53,579 nucleotides of DNA from Planctomycetota bacterium (lineage in GTDB: Bacteria > Planctomycetota > UBA1135 > UBA2386), in assembly GCA_020849665.1 (NCBI GenBank), contig JADLFX010000020.1:1-53579 (forward strand), given 5' to 3'. Positions 9,628-19,454 of this stretch are shown here, in pieces. The notes under the pieces are model-generated. The model made no database searches. It was not told where the DNA came from and saw only the letters and a program-made list of their open reading frames with translations. Both the position numbers and the translations under genes were made by a program. Within the stretch, counting starts at the first letter, position 1. Each line of letters begins with the position of its first letter.

Positions 9628-10689
9628 CTACGGAGCCGGCGCGGCGAACCAGTGGCGCGTGCGCTGGCACACCCGGCACACCGAGAGCATCACCGGGACC
9701 TCCACCAGCACGCCCACCACCGTGGCCAGGGCCGCACCGGAGGTGGGCCCGAAGAGCGCGATCGCCGTGGCCACCGCCAGCTCGAAGAAGTTGGAGGCGC
9801 CGATCAGGGCGCCAGGCGCGGCCACCGCGTGCGGCACCCGCAGCCACGCCATGAGCCCGTAGGCGAGGCCCGCGTTCAGGTAGACCTGGATCAGGATCGG
9901 CACGGCCAGGAGCAGCACGTGGGTCCAGTGGTGGCGCAGGTTGTCGGACTGGAACGCGAAGATCAGGACCAGTGTGGCCAGCAGCGCGGTGGTCGCCACC
10001 GGCTGGAAGCGGGGCAGCAGGACCTGCTCGAACCAGGCGCGGCCGCGCCCGCGCACCAGCAGCGTGCGCGTGGCGACGCCGGCGGCGAGCGGCACCACCA
10101 GGAATACCAGCACGCTCCACAGCAGCACGTCCCAGGGCACCGTCAGCGACGAGGCCCCGCTCACCAGCAGGCCGACGATCGGAGCGAACGCGACGAGCAT
10201 GATGAGGTCGTTCACGGCCACCTGCACCAGCGTGTAGGCAGGGTCGCCGTCGGTGAGGTACGACCAGACGAACACCATCGCCGTGCACGGGGCCGCGGCC
10301 AGGATCACCAGCCCGGCCACGTACTGGTCGGCGAGCTCGGCGCCGAACCACGCGCCGAAGAGCTGCCGGCAGAAGAGCCACGCCAGGAACGCCATCGACA
10401 GCGGCTTGACGAGCCAGTTCACCAGGAGCGTGACCGCGAGCCCGCGCGGGCGCCGGCCCACCGCGGCGAGGCTGCGGAAGTCGACCCGCAGCATCATCGG
10501 ATAGACCATCAGCCAGATCAGGACGGCGATGGTCAGGTTGATGCGGCTGCCGGGGGCGATCTCCAGGTCGCGCAGGGCCGCAACCGGGCCGGGCAGCAGC
10601 ACGCCGAGGCCCACCCCCACGGCCATGCAGAGCAGCACCCAGAGCGAGAGTCCGCGCTCGAACCATCCCAACCGCTTCTCGGCATCCAT
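9628..10689 (-). CDS. acr3: Arsenite efflux permease, ACR3 family.
   Basis: Start trimmed to MDAEKRLGWFERGLSLWVLLCMAVGVGLGVLL, an ACR3-type N-terminus. Polytopic membrane protein of about 353 aa. The upstream Arg/Gly-rich in-frame extension was rejected. Confidence 0.85.
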   Translation of the reverse strand: MDAEKRLGWFERGLSLWVLLCMAVGVGLGVLLPGPVAALRDLEIAPGSRINLTIAVLIWLMVYPMMLRVDFRSLAAVGRRPRGLAVTLLVNWLVKPLSMAFLAWLFCRQLFGAWFGAELADQYVAGLVILAAAPCTAMVFVWSYLTDGDPAYTLVQVAVNDLIMLVAFAPIVGLLVSGASSLTVPWDVLLWSVLVFLVVPLAAGVATRTLLVRGRGRAWFEQVLLPRFQPVATTALLATLVLIFAFQSDNLRHHWTHVLLLAVPILIQVYLNAGLAYGLMAWLRVPHAVAAPGALIGASNFFELAVATAIALFGPTSGAALATVVGVLVEVPVMLSVCRVCQRTRHWFAAPAP

Positions 10690-10790
10690 CGAAGGACTTC
10701 GATACAGCCAGGTGCCCGGGATGCAAGCGCGGCGCGCAGATGGCTCCGGGCGGGACGCGGCGGCCTGGCCGCCCTGGCGGGGCCGTCCGG

Positions 10791-11906
10791 CTAGCGCAGC
10801 TCCATCACCAGCCCCGCCCCGCGCAGCACCTGTCCGGTGGTGGCCATGACCGTGCCGAGGCTGTGGACGCGCGCCACGCCGAGCGGGCCGCACACGGTGG
10901 CGCGCAGGCCCAGGGAGGTCACGTAGAGCAGCGGGTTGGCGGAGATGTCCTGGGCCACGGCCTGGGCGCGCATCTCCTGGCCGACGATGCTGCGCGACGA
11001 CGGCAGATCGAAGCGCAACCGGCCGATGCCCTGGTCGTCGGCGGTGCCGATCACGATCGCGAGCATCTCGGTGTTCAGCCAGCAGTCGTGCCCGCCGATC
11101 ACCCCGAGGTCGAAGGGGATGCGGAAACCGTTCCAGGTGCCGTTGTCGGTGGCGCCGAGGAACACGCCGAACGGGGCCCGGTTGGGCAGCTCGGTCACGG
11201 TGAACGTGAGCGCCTCCCCGGCCTTCAGGGAGTCGTTCACCTCCAGCGCGATCGGCCGGCCGGCGCGGCTGCTCACGCAGCGCGGGCCAAGACGGCCGAA
11301 GCTGGTCCGCCCGCTGTCGCAGAGGAACGGGGTGTCCAGCCGGTACATGCCCGCGGGCTGGAGGTTCACCTGGATCTCCACCACCAGCCCGAGCGGGTCA
11401 CGCGGCGCCGGCGTGACCGGAGTGGTCGCGAACCACCACGGGGCGGCGAACGGCAGCAGCACGGTGGCCGGGCGCGGCCCCGACGCCATGGGCGGCTGTG
11501 CCGGCAGTGCGATGCGGGCGTCCGAGATCACCTTGGTCTGGTCCGGTCCATGGTTGTCCTGGAAGCGGGCCGACACGCCGTCCGAGCGCACGCGCGTGGA
11601 CGACAGGTACACGAAGGTGACCAGGTACTGCTTCAGGGGGTACTGGTCGTAGCCGGTCTGGGCCGACCAATCGGCGCGCAGGGCGATCCCGGTGAGCTGC
11701 GTGGGACCCTGGAACGGCAGGGTCTCGGGGTCGTAGAGGCACTGGTGGCGGATCGGCTGATCCACGCCGAAGGGCAGGAAGGTGCTGCTCGGCCCCTCGA
11801 TCCCCGCCAGCTGCTTCGGCACGAACCAGGATCCCTGCGCCAGACCTGGGGCGGCCAGGATCGGGAGCAGCGAGACAGGGAGGATCGGCCGCATGTCCGC
11901 TGGCAT
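10791..11906 (-). CDS. Secreted hypothetical protein, about 370 aa. A distant paralogue sits at the 3' end of the window.
   Basis: Signal peptide (MRPILPVSLLPILAAPGLAQG). Balanced composition and third-position GC bias. Weak similarity to the partial ORF at 52558 (EGPSSTFLPFG...IRHQCLYD versus EGATTSSFPFS...VRYQQVHAD). Confidence 0.6.
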   Translation of the reverse strand: MPADMRPILPVSLLPILAAPGLAQGSWFVPKQLAGIEGPSSTFLPFGVDQPIRHQCLYDPETLPFQGPTQLTGIALRADWSAQTGYDQYPLKQYLVTFVYLSSTRVRSDGVSARFQDNHGPDQTKVISDARIALPAQPPMASGPRPATVLLPFAAPWWFATTPVTPAPRDPLGLVVEIQVNLQPAGMYRLDTPFLCDSGRTSFGRLGPRCVSSRAGRPIALEVNDSLKAGEALTFTVTELPNRAPFGVFLGATDNGTWNGFRIPFDLGVIGGHDCWLNTEMLAIVIGTADDQGIGRLRFDLPSSRSIVGQEMRAQAVAQDISANPLLYVTSLGLRATVCGPLGVARVHSLGTVMATTGQVLRGAGLVMELR

Positions 11907-12087
11907 CGGCGCGTGCGCGGGCCCGGCTTGAGACCCCTACGCCGGCGGGCGTCGCGGACGCTCCAGGACCGGTCCCGTCGCGGGACGCGACACCTCAAGG
12001 GGAGTGATCAACACTCCGACAATGCGCGAGGAGCCCGCCTCGGGAGGCGAGGACGACTGTCGAGCCGAACACCACCCAGGACCGAAC

Positions 12088-13689
12088 ATGCAGATCGAGA
12101 ACCTGACCGCACCGATGCCCCAGTCGCCGCAGATGCGCTATGCCACGCTCCATCGCGCCCTGGAGAGCGGCATCGACACGGAGGGCACCTGGGCCGACAT
12201 GGTGAAGGTGTGCCTCGAGCTGGAGCTCCATGACGAGGCGGTGCGCGCCTACCAGAACGTCCAGACCCCGAGCGAGCGCCTGCATCTGCAGAACCTCCTG
12301 GTGCGCCATGGCGCGCTCACGGCGGGCGAGGCGAAGAAGCGCCTGGCCGAGGACCGGGCGCGCCACGTCGAGATCGCCACCAACTGGAAGGACGAGGTGA
12401 CCGCCGCCGGCCATCTGCTCTTCCAGGATCACATGCCGCTGACCGTGATCGCGTTCACGCTCACGTTCCCGGTGGTGGTGGGACTGGGCGGCGTGCTCAC
12501 GCACAGCATTCCTTCGCTCCTGCTGCAGATCGTGGCGCTCCTGCCCGGTCTCCTGGTCCTCGGGCTGGCCGGCGCCTACGGCCATCGCATCCTGACGGAG
12601 TCGCGCCGCGGCCTCGAGGACACGCCCGCGATCCCGCCCATGGTCACGTTCGTGCGCGAGGGCGCGCAGGCCGCGCTGGAGCTGCTGGTGTTCCTGCCGA
12701 TCTTCCTCGGCCCCGCCGCGCTGCTCCTGCACTTCGGCGCACACGTCGGCTCGGTCCTGGCCGCGATCCTGGCGGGCTGCCTGGCGCTGCCGATGGCGTT
12801 CCTGATGCGCAACGCGCGGCGCGACTGGCGCGCGATCCAGCCGCAGCACCTGCTGCCGATGCTGTTCCGCGGCGGCCTGCCGTACGCGCTGGCCGCACTC
12901 ACCATCTCCGCGCTCTTCGTGCCCGCCCTGCTGGCCGGGTTCGCCACGCTGGGTTCGAAGGCCTACCTCGTGATCTCGGTGGTCGGCCCGCTGGCGATCG
13001 CCCCGCTCTTCGTGGCGGCGCGGCTGCTCGGGCGCATGGCCCACCTGCACCGCGATCGCCTGAACCTGGATCCCACCGACGTGGTGGCCGCGCCGGCGCA
13101 GCCGGTCATGACGGTCAAGCAGGCGCTGGCGCGCAGCAAGGCGGCGAGCGGCCCGCGGCCCCGGGTGAACGGTCAGGCGCGCGGCACCCAGCCTGCGCCG
13201 CAGGCGCGGCCGCGCACCCCGCAGCCGGCTCCGCAGGCGCCCGAGGCACGCGAGCGCGTGGCGGCCGACGAGAGCCAGCCGCAGCGCGTGCGCGTCGCCA
13301 AGGCACAGTTCGACACGCGCCCCGTGCCCAACAAGCGCCCGCTGCCCACCCCGGTCGGCGCCCGGCAGACCGAGGCCGCCCGTCCTGCCCCGGCCGGCAA
13401 CCCTGCGAAGCCGAAGGCCGACGCCGCTCCGGCCGCGAGCCGCCCGGCCAGCGCCGGACGCGCCAAGGCCGCCGCGGGCGCGAGCAAGGCGCGCGCCAAG
13501 GCCCTGGACACGACGCCGGCGCCGCTGGGCCTGCGCCTCCGTGATCCTGCCCCGCAGCCGGAACCGGCAGCGAAGGTCGTCGACGAGCTGCCGCCCGAGC
13601 TGCGCAGTCTGCCGGGAATCAAGGTCGTCAGCGGCGACGCGCGCGACCACACGCCGGCCGCGGCGAAGAACCGCCGGCCTCTGCACTGA
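12088..13689 (+). CDS. Hypothetical multi-pass membrane protein with a long Pro/Ala/Gln-rich, low-complexity C-terminal tail.
   Basis: Start trimmed to MQIENLTAPMPQSPQMRYATLH. Soluble N-terminal domain, then about 6 hydrophobic segments, then a roughly 170-aa PAPQA-rich tail. Divergent from the gene at 10791-11906. Confidence 0.55.
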   Translation: MQIENLTAPMPQSPQMRYATLHRALESGIDTEGTWADMVKVCLELELHDEAVRAYQNVQTPSERLHLQNLLVRHGALTAGEAKKRLAEDRARHVEIATNWKDEVTAAGHLLFQDHMPLTVIAFTLTFPVVVGLGGVLTHSIPSLLLQIVALLPGLLVLGLAGAYGHRILTESRRGLEDTPAIPPMVTFVREGAQAALELLVFLPIFLGPAALLLHFGAHVGSVLAAILAGCLALPMAFLMRNARRDWRAIQPQHLLPMLFRGGLPYALAALTISALFVPALLAGFATLGSKAYLVISVVGPLAIAPLFVAARLLGRMAHLHRDRLNLDPTDVVAAPAQPVMTVKQALARSKAASGPRPRVNGQARGTQPAPQARPRTPQPAPQAPEARERVAADESQPQRVRVAKAQFDTRPVPNKRPLPTPVGARQTEAARPAPAGNPAKPKADAAPAASRPASAGRAKAAAGASKARAKALDTTPAPLGLRLRDPAPQPEPAAKVVDELPPELRSLPGIKVVSGDARDHTPAAAKNRRPLH

Positions 13690-13846
13690 GCGCGCCGGCG
13701 CCGCCTGCCGCGACCGGTGGCACGTACCCCGGCGCCCTTGCGCCGGGGCCCCGCCCGCCGTGCGTCGCGCCCGGCGCGCGGAGCCGGCCGCGGCGTCTGC
13801 GGAACCGGATCTGGAGCCCGCCTCGGGCGCGCCGTAGCCTGCGGGG

Positions 13847-15211
13847 ATGCGCGCACCCGTCCTGGTCGGCTACGGACAGGGGTTCTGGGGCGATTCGATC
13901 CTCGGCCCGATCCGCCTGGTCCGCGAAGGCCCGCTCCACTACCTCGTCCTCGACTACCTGGCCGAGGTGACGATGAGCATCCTGCAGAAGCAGAAGGGCC
14001 GCGACCCGCGGACCGGGTACGCGACCGACTTCGTGGCCATGCTCGACCGCCTCCTGCCCGAGCTGGTGGCCAAGAAGATCAAGGTGGTGGCCAACGCCGG
14101 GGGCGTGAATCCGGTTGCGTGCATGCAGGCGGTGCTCGAGCTCGCCCGCAAGAAGGGCATCCGCGGCCTGAAGGTCGGCATCGTCGAGGGCGACGACGTC
14201 CTGGCGCGCGTGCCCGAACTGGTCGCCGCCGGCGAGGAGCTGCGCAACATGGACACCGGCGCACCGATCGCCACGGTGCAGGACCGGCTCCTGAGCGCCA
14301 ACGTGTACCTCGGCGCGCTGCCGATCGCCGAGTGCCTGGCGCAGGGCGCCGACATCGTGATCGGCGGCCGGCTCACCGACCCGGCGCTGGTGGCCGGACC
14401 GCTGCTGCATGAGTTCGGCTGGAGCCCCACCGATCACACTCGACTGGCCCACGCCACGGTGGCGGGGCACATCGCCGAGTGCGGGGCCCAGTGCACCGGG
14501 GGCAACTTCACCGGCTGGCGCGAGGTCCGTGACTTCGTGCGCATCGGCTACCCCGTGATCGAGGCGCACCCCGACGGGACCTTCTTCGTCACCAAGCACG
14601 CCGGCACCGGCGGTCTGATCGACACGCGCACGGTCACCTCCCAGCTGCTCTACGAGATGGGCGATCCGCGCCGCTATCTCGGCCCCGACTGCGTCGCGGA
14701 CTTCACCTCGATCCGCCTCGAGCAGGCCGGACCGGATCGGGTGCGCGTGTCGGGCATCGCGGGCGCGGCGCCGACCGGCACATACAAGGTGTCGGCCAGC
14801 TACGCCAACGGCTTCAAGGCCGTCGGCGAGCTGACCATCAGCGGCCCCGAGGCCCTGGCCAAGGCGCGGCTCTGCGCCGAGATCGTGTTCGGCCGCCTGG
14901 CGCTGGACGGCGCCGTCTACGCCGAGCACGAGAAGCTCGTCGAGCTGGTGGGCAGCGGCGTCTGCCATGCCGGGATCGTGCCCGAGGCGGATCCACCGGA
15001 GATCGTGCTGCGACTGGGAGTGAAAGGGCCCGACCGGCGCAAGGTCGACCGGTTCGGCATGGAGCTGGTGCCGCTGGTGACCAGCGGTCCGCCGGGGGTC
15101 ACCGGCTTCGCGGGCGGGCGGCCGAAGGCCACGGAGATCGTCAGCTACTGGCCGGCGCTGCTCGGCAAGGACAAGGTGCGCACCGCGGTGCGCGTGGAGG
15201 CGGTGCAGTGA
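13847..15211 (+). CDS. AtuA-like protein (DUF1446, acyclic terpene utilisation family).
   Basis: 454 aa. [12 protein letters not shown]... N-terminus and overall composition typical of DUF1446. The stop overlaps the next start (ATGA). Confidence 0.8.
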   Translation: MRAPVLVGYGQGFWGDSILGPIRLVREGPLHYLVLDYLAEVTMSILQKQKGRDPRTGYATDFVAMLDRLLPELVAKKIKVVANAGGVNPVACMQAVLELARKKGIRGLKVGIVEGDDVLARVPELVAAGEELRNMDTGAPIATVQDRLLSANVYLGALPIAECLAQGADIVIGGRLTDPALVAGPLLHEFGWSPTDHTRLAHATVAGHIAECGAQCTGGNFTGWREVRDFVRIGYPVIEAHPDGTFFVTKHAGTGGLIDTRTVTSQLLYEMGDPRRYLGPDCVADFTSIRLEQAGPDRVRVSGIAGAAPTGTYKVSASYANGFKAVGELTISGPEALAKARLCAEIVFGRLALDGAVYAEHEKLVELVGSGVCHAGIVPEADPPEIVLRLGVKGPDRRKVDRFGMELVPLVTSGPPGVTGFAGGRPKATEIVSYWPALLGKDKVRTAVRVEAVQ

Positions 15212-15522
15212 AGAAGATCCGACTCGGCGACATCGCCTATGCCCGCTCGGGCGACAAGGGCGACGGCAGCAACGTCGGCGTGTTCGTCACGAGGCGCGAA
15301 CACTACGACCTGCTGCGCGAGCGGCTCACGCCGGAGGTCGTGCGGCGCCACTTCCACGCCATCTGCAAGGGCAAGGTCGTGCGCCACGAACTCGACAACC
15401 TGCTGGCCCTAAACTTCCTGCTCGGCGACAGCCTGGGCGGCGGCGGCAGCGAGAGCCTGAAGACCGACGCGCAGGGCAAGACCCACGGCCTCGCGCTGCT
15501 GCTGCTCGAGCTCGAGGTGTGA
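15208..15522 (+). CDS. DUF4387-like small protein, the usual partner of AtuA/DUF1446.
   Basis: 104 aa, [27 protein letters not shown]... Translationally coupled on both sides (ATGA upstream, GTGA downstream). Confidence 0.7.
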   Translation: MKKIRLGDIAYARSGDKGDGSNVGVFVTRREHYDLLRERLTPEVVRRHFHAICKGKVVRHELDNLLALNFLLGDSLGGGGSESLKTDAQGKTHGLALLLLELEV

Positions 15523-16436
15523 CGCACACGGACTTCCTCGCCGGCATCCACCTGCGCGCGCGCGCCCTGCAGCGCCGGGTCGTGCTGCCGGAGGTGCACG
15601 ACCCGCGGCTCGCGGCGGCGCGGGATGCGATCGAGCGCGCGGGGCTGGCGCGGGTGGTCTGGGTGGAGGATCCGGCGGGCGACCCGCGGCTGCCCGAGGT
15701 GGCGCGGCTCCTGCATGAGCGCCGGCGGGCCAAGGGCATGAGCGAGGCGGAGGCGACTGCCCTGGCACGGGACCCGCTCTTCTTCGCCGCCGGACTCGTG
15801 GCGCTCGGCCACGCCGACTGCAGCGTGGGCGGCGCCACGCGCCCGACCGCGGACGTGATCCGCGCCGGGCTCTTCCTGGTGGGCATGGCGCCGGGGATCC
15901 GCGTGGTCTCGTCGATGTTCGTGATGGTGCGCGGCCACGAGGTGCTGAGCTTCGCCGACTGCGGCGTGATCCCGGACCCCGATGCCAGTCAGCTCGCGGG
16001 CATCGCCGCGGCCACCGCGCACAACCACCGCCGCTTCACGGGGCAGGAGCCCCGCGTGGCGTTCCTCTCGTTCTCCACCAAGGGCAGCGCCGAGCACCCG
16101 CGCGTGGCCAAGGTGCGCGAGGCGCTGGCCGGATTCCGCGCGCTCTGCCCGGACGTCGCCGCCGACGGCGAGCTGCAGTTCGACGCCGCGTACGTGGCCG
16201 CGGTCGGCGCGCGCAAGGCCCCGGGCAGCCCGGTGGCGGGCCACGCCAACGTGCTGGTGTTCCCCGACCTCGACGCCGGCAACATCGCCTACAAGGTGGC
16301 CGAACGCCTGGGCGCGTTCCAGGCCTTCGGGCCGCTGCTGCAGGGGCTGGCGCGGCCGTGCATGGACCTCTCGCGCGGCTGCTCGGCCCAGGACATCGTC
16401 CACGTCACGGCACTCGCCGCGTTGATGAGCGAGTAG
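15519..16436 (+). CDS. Phosphate acetyl/butyryl-transferase (PTA_PTB family).
   Basis: 305 aa. The ...[30 protein letters not shown]... segment resembles the Pta/Ptb catalytic region. GTG start overlaps the upstream stop. Confidence 0.8.
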   Translation: MTHTDFLAGIHLRARALQRRVVLPEVHDPRLAAARDAIERAGLARVVWVEDPAGDPRLPEVARLLHERRRAKGMSEAEATALARDPLFFAAGLVALGHADCSVGGATRPTADVIRAGLFLVGMAPGIRVVSSMFVMVRGHEVLSFADCGVIPDPDASQLAGIAAATAHNHRRFTGQEPRVAFLSFSTKGSAEHPRVAKVREALAGFRALCPDVAADGELQFDAAYVAAVGARKAPGSPVAGHANVLVFPDLDAGNIAYKVAERLGAFQAFGPLLQGLARPCMDLSRGCSAQDIVHVTALAALMSE

Positions 16437-16473
16437 GCTCCGGGCGCTACGCTGCCCGCCACCTCGCTCCGCC

Positions 16474-17253
16474 ATGCGCAACCTGCTCTTCGGCCCGGTC
16501 CAACGCGGCGATCGTCACTTCCGCTGGCGCGGCCATGACGTCTCGCGCGTGGAAGGTTTCAGCGACGCGGTGTTCGCGTTCGCGCTCACGCTGCTCGTGG
16601 TGTCCTTGGAGGTGCCCAGGACCTTCGCCGACCTGCGCGCGATCATGCTGGCGTTCCCCGCGTTCGCGGCCTGCTTCGCGCTGCTCGTGCTGGTTTGGTA
16701 CGAGCACTACCTGTTCTTCCGCCGCTACGGGCTGCAGGACGGCGGCACCGTGGCGTGGAACGCGGTGCTGCTCTTCCTGGTGGTGTTCTACGTCTACCCG
16801 CTGAAGTTCCTGGCGCTGATCCTCCTGAACCTGGCGCAGGGCCGCGTCCCGCGTGTGACCGCGCCCGACAGGACGACGCTGCCCGCGGTCCAGCACGCAG
16901 ACATGAACGACCTGATGCTGATCTATGGCGCCGGGTACTTCGCCATCTACCTGGTGTTCTGGATCCAGACCCGCCGCGCGCTCGCGCGCGCCGCCGGTCT
17001 GGAGCTCGACGCCGTGGAGATCCAGCTCACGCGCGAGCACCTGCAGCGCGACCTGCTGCTATGCGCCATCGGCATCGTGTCGATGGCCGTGGCGCTCCTG
17101 CCCTTCGCGTACAGCGCGTTCTGGTCGGGTATGACCTACTGGCTGATCGGCCCGGTGCTCTGGCTGCACGGGTGGCGCGCGGAGCGCCGCCTGCGGCCGC
17201 TGGTCGCCCAGCGCGCCGCGGCGGCCACGGGACCGCACCCGCTGGCGGGATAG
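16474..17253 (+). CDS. DUF1211 / TMEM175-like membrane protein (putative K+ channel family).
   Basis: RVEGFSDAVFAFALTLLVVSLEV matches the DUF1211 signature (R-x-E-x-FSDGVFAIAITLLV). Several TM helices. 259 aa. Confidence 0.75.
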   Translation: MRNLLFGPVQRGDRHFRWRGHDVSRVEGFSDAVFAFALTLLVVSLEVPRTFADLRAIMLAFPAFAACFALLVLVWYEHYLFFRRYGLQDGGTVAWNAVLLFLVVFYVYPLKFLALILLNLAQGRVPRVTAPDRTTLPAVQHADMNDLMLIYGAGYFAIYLVFWIQTRRALARAAGLELDAVEIQLTREHLQRDLLLCAIGIVSMAVALLPFAYSAFWSGMTYWLIGPVLWLHGWRAERRLRPLVAQRAAAATGPHPLAG

Positions 17254-17796
17254 ACAGGGGTCGGGCGCGGCCGCAGGCCGCTTGACAATGGCGAAGTCGC
17301 CGCTACCCTGCGCCGCCTTCTCGAGGACCGCCATGATTCCATCACGCCCAGCGCCCAATCCATCGTGCCACACGCCCGGCGGTTCGCCGTACCGTGTGGG
17401 CCGGTCGGCGGACGCACGGGCGTCGGTGCCCGCGCGCGCGGGCACGCGCGTGCGGCGCCTGCCCGGCCGCGTGGCGCGCCTCCATTCCCCGCCCCTGGCG
17501 AGGCCGAAACGCTGAGGTGATCCTCGGTGACACGAAGCCTCGCCGGCCCTGCCGCGCGAGGCTTCTTCGTCTTGGGAGCCTCGTGCGGTCTCCGACATCG
17601 CCGGTCCACTGCCCCCCGCCACAGGCGCGCGGGCGTGGCCCGTCCCCAATCGCTTCGCAGGAGTTCCGCATGAGCCAACCAGAACCCCCGCATTCCATGC
17701 GCCATTCCGTCTGACGTCGTCCGGCGGCGCCCGCCAGCCAATCCTGGTTCCAGGCGTGCGTACCGCGACACGGGTTCTCCCGGCGTCCGACGGCTT

Positions 17797-17867
17797 TGTC
17801 GAATCGCTCAATGGTAGAGCACGAGACTGTGGATCTCGCGTTGCGGGTTCGAGTCCCGCTTCGACCT
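17797..17867 (+). tRNA. tRNA-His, anticodon GTG. Coordinates are approximate to about 1-2 nt, and the acceptor stem as read has a 1:72 mismatch.
   Basis: Cloverleaf read directly from the sequence. D-arm gctc-aatggta-gagc. Anticodon stem cgaga/tctcg with loop cTGTGga (U33 present, G37). T-arm gcggg-ttcgagt-cccgc. Acceptor gtcgaa pairs with ttcgac. No encoded CCA. Confidence 0.6.
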
Positions 17868-17870
17868 CTG

Positions 17871-17889
17871 CTCGGTCCCGGACCGAGGC
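17871..17889 (+). terminator. GC-rich perfect hairpin immediately 3' of the tRNA. Putative intrinsic terminator or processing structure.
   Basis: ctcggtcc-cg-ggaccgag palindrome read directly from the sequence. No U-tract follows. Confidence 0.4.
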
Positions 17890-18266
17890 TATTGACCCGA
17901 CAAAGCGTGTTCCCGCCGGCACCGACACGTGCGACGGTCTCGCCCCGGCCCGACCGGGCCAGGGCGGAACTGGCAAAGGCCTTGCAGCCGACCGCCTGAC
18001 CGCTCGGCCGCCACGGCAGTCCATCGCATCCTGCAGCCGACCCGACGCGAGTGCGCCGGATCCGCTGTGGGTGTGCCCTGGCCGGACGTGGCAGCCCGCG
18101 GCGCCGGCATCGGCTCCGCTCCGCGCCAGGACCTCAGCCGCGGCGGTGACCGGCGGGGCACCCCCTTCCTCACGAACCAAGGACCGCACTTCAGCCATTG
18201 CGCGACCGGGGCGCGCGCCATGGCGTTTCCGACCGCCCCTCCGACACCTCCACTACGGAGGTAGCC

Positions 18267-19388
18267 ATGTACTTCCGCACCCACATCCAGCAGAACCAGC
18301 TCGGACTCCTGTTCCGGCGCGGTGACTTCCGCCGCGTCCTCCCCCCGGGGACCTGGACCCTGCCGGGCCTCTGGCTCGGCATGGACCGGCTCCAGATCGT
18401 CGGCGTCGACGCCACGCGTTTCGTGCATCCGGACCTGGCCACCCTGGTGCGGCAGCCCGAGCTGCGCGAGCGGCTCGTCGTGCTCGACCTCGCCGAGGAC
18501 CAGCGGGCGCTCGTATGGCGCGATGGCAGGATCCTCGACCTGGTCGGTCCCGGCCTCTTCGCCTACTGGCGTGAGCCGCACACCGTGAGGGTGGAGACCT
18601 TCTCGGTGGCGGACCTGCGCTTCCAGCACGCTCAGCTCGACGCAGTGCTCGACCTGCCCAATGCCAGGACCTACCTGGTCGCGGTGGACGTCGAGGCGCA
18701 CGAGCGGCTGCTGGTCCGCCGGGGCGGCGAGCTGATGACGACGCTGGGCCCCGGGCGGCACGCGTTCTGGACCCGTGCGGGCTCGATCTCCTGGAAGGCG
18801 GTCGATCTGCGCGAGCAGATCGCCGACGTCCAGGGTCAGGAGATCATGACCGCCGACAAGGTCACGCTGCGGCTCAACCTAGTGGTCAGCTGGCGGGTCG
18901 TCGACCCGGTAGCGTCGGCCACGCAGGTCGAAAACGTGGCGACCGCCGTCTACCGCGAGGCGCAGCTCGCTCTGCGCGCGGCGGTGGGCGGCCGGGACCT
19001 GGACCGGATCCTGGCCGACAAGGACGCCGTGGCCGCCGAGGTCCGCGACGGGCTCGCCCGCCGCGTCGCCACGTTCGGTGCCGCGGTGGCCGGCGTCGGC
19101 GTGCGGGACATCGTCCTGCCCGGCGACATGAAGCTGATCTTCAACCAGGTCATCGAGGCCCAGAAGCGCGCGGAGGCGAACCTGATCCGGCGCCGCGAGG
19201 AAACCGCGGCGGCCCGGTCCCAGGCCAACACCGCGCGGCTGCTCGCCGAGAACCCCGTGCTCCTGCGGATGCAGGAGCTCGAGTCGCTCGGGGAGATCCT
19301 CAAGGGCGCGAAGGTCACCTTCGTACTGGGCCAGGGCGACCTGGGCCAGCAGCTCAAGAACCTCGTCGCCACGGCTGGCGACGAGTAG
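18267..19388 (+). CDS. SPFH / band-7 (slipin-like) domain protein.
   Basis: Start trimmed to MYFRTHIQQNQLGLLFRRGDF. The central region (...IMTADKVTLRLNLVVSWRVVDPVASATQVENVATAVYREAQLALR...) and the coiled-coil tail are typical of SPFH proteins. Confidence 0.8.
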   Translation: MYFRTHIQQNQLGLLFRRGDFRRVLPPGTWTLPGLWLGMDRLQIVGVDATRFVHPDLATLVRQPELRERLVVLDLAEDQRALVWRDGRILDLVGPGLFAYWREPHTVRVETFSVADLRFQHAQLDAVLDLPNARTYLVAVDVEAHERLLVRRGGELMTTLGPGRHAFWTRAGSISWKAVDLREQIADVQGQEIMTADKVTLRLNLVVSWRVVDPVASATQVENVATAVYREAQLALRAAVGGRDLDRILADKDAVAAEVRDGLARRVATFGAAVAGVGVRDIVLPGDMKLIFNQVIEAQKRAEANLIRRREETAAARSQANTARLLAENPVLLRMQELESLGEILKGAKVTFVLGQGDLGQQLKNLVATAGDE

Positions 19389-19454
19389 CGGCGCCGCCGG
19401 CACCCCCGTGCCGGCGGCACGCATCCCGGGTGGATCCACTCGGCAGTCGCCGCC

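Noticed and set aside
9433-10794. A 453-aa plus-strand ORF, and 9485-10726 - in an off-frame.
   Set aside because: It overlaps ispH and acr3, and reads as a His/Arg/Gly/Asp-rich repetitive translation.
17059-18198. A 379-aa minus-strand ORF and several shorter ORFs across 17254-18260.
   Set aside because: They span the tRNA-His gene on the opposite strand and have Arg/Ala/Gly-rich composition. The region is better explained as a tRNA plus non-coding flanks.
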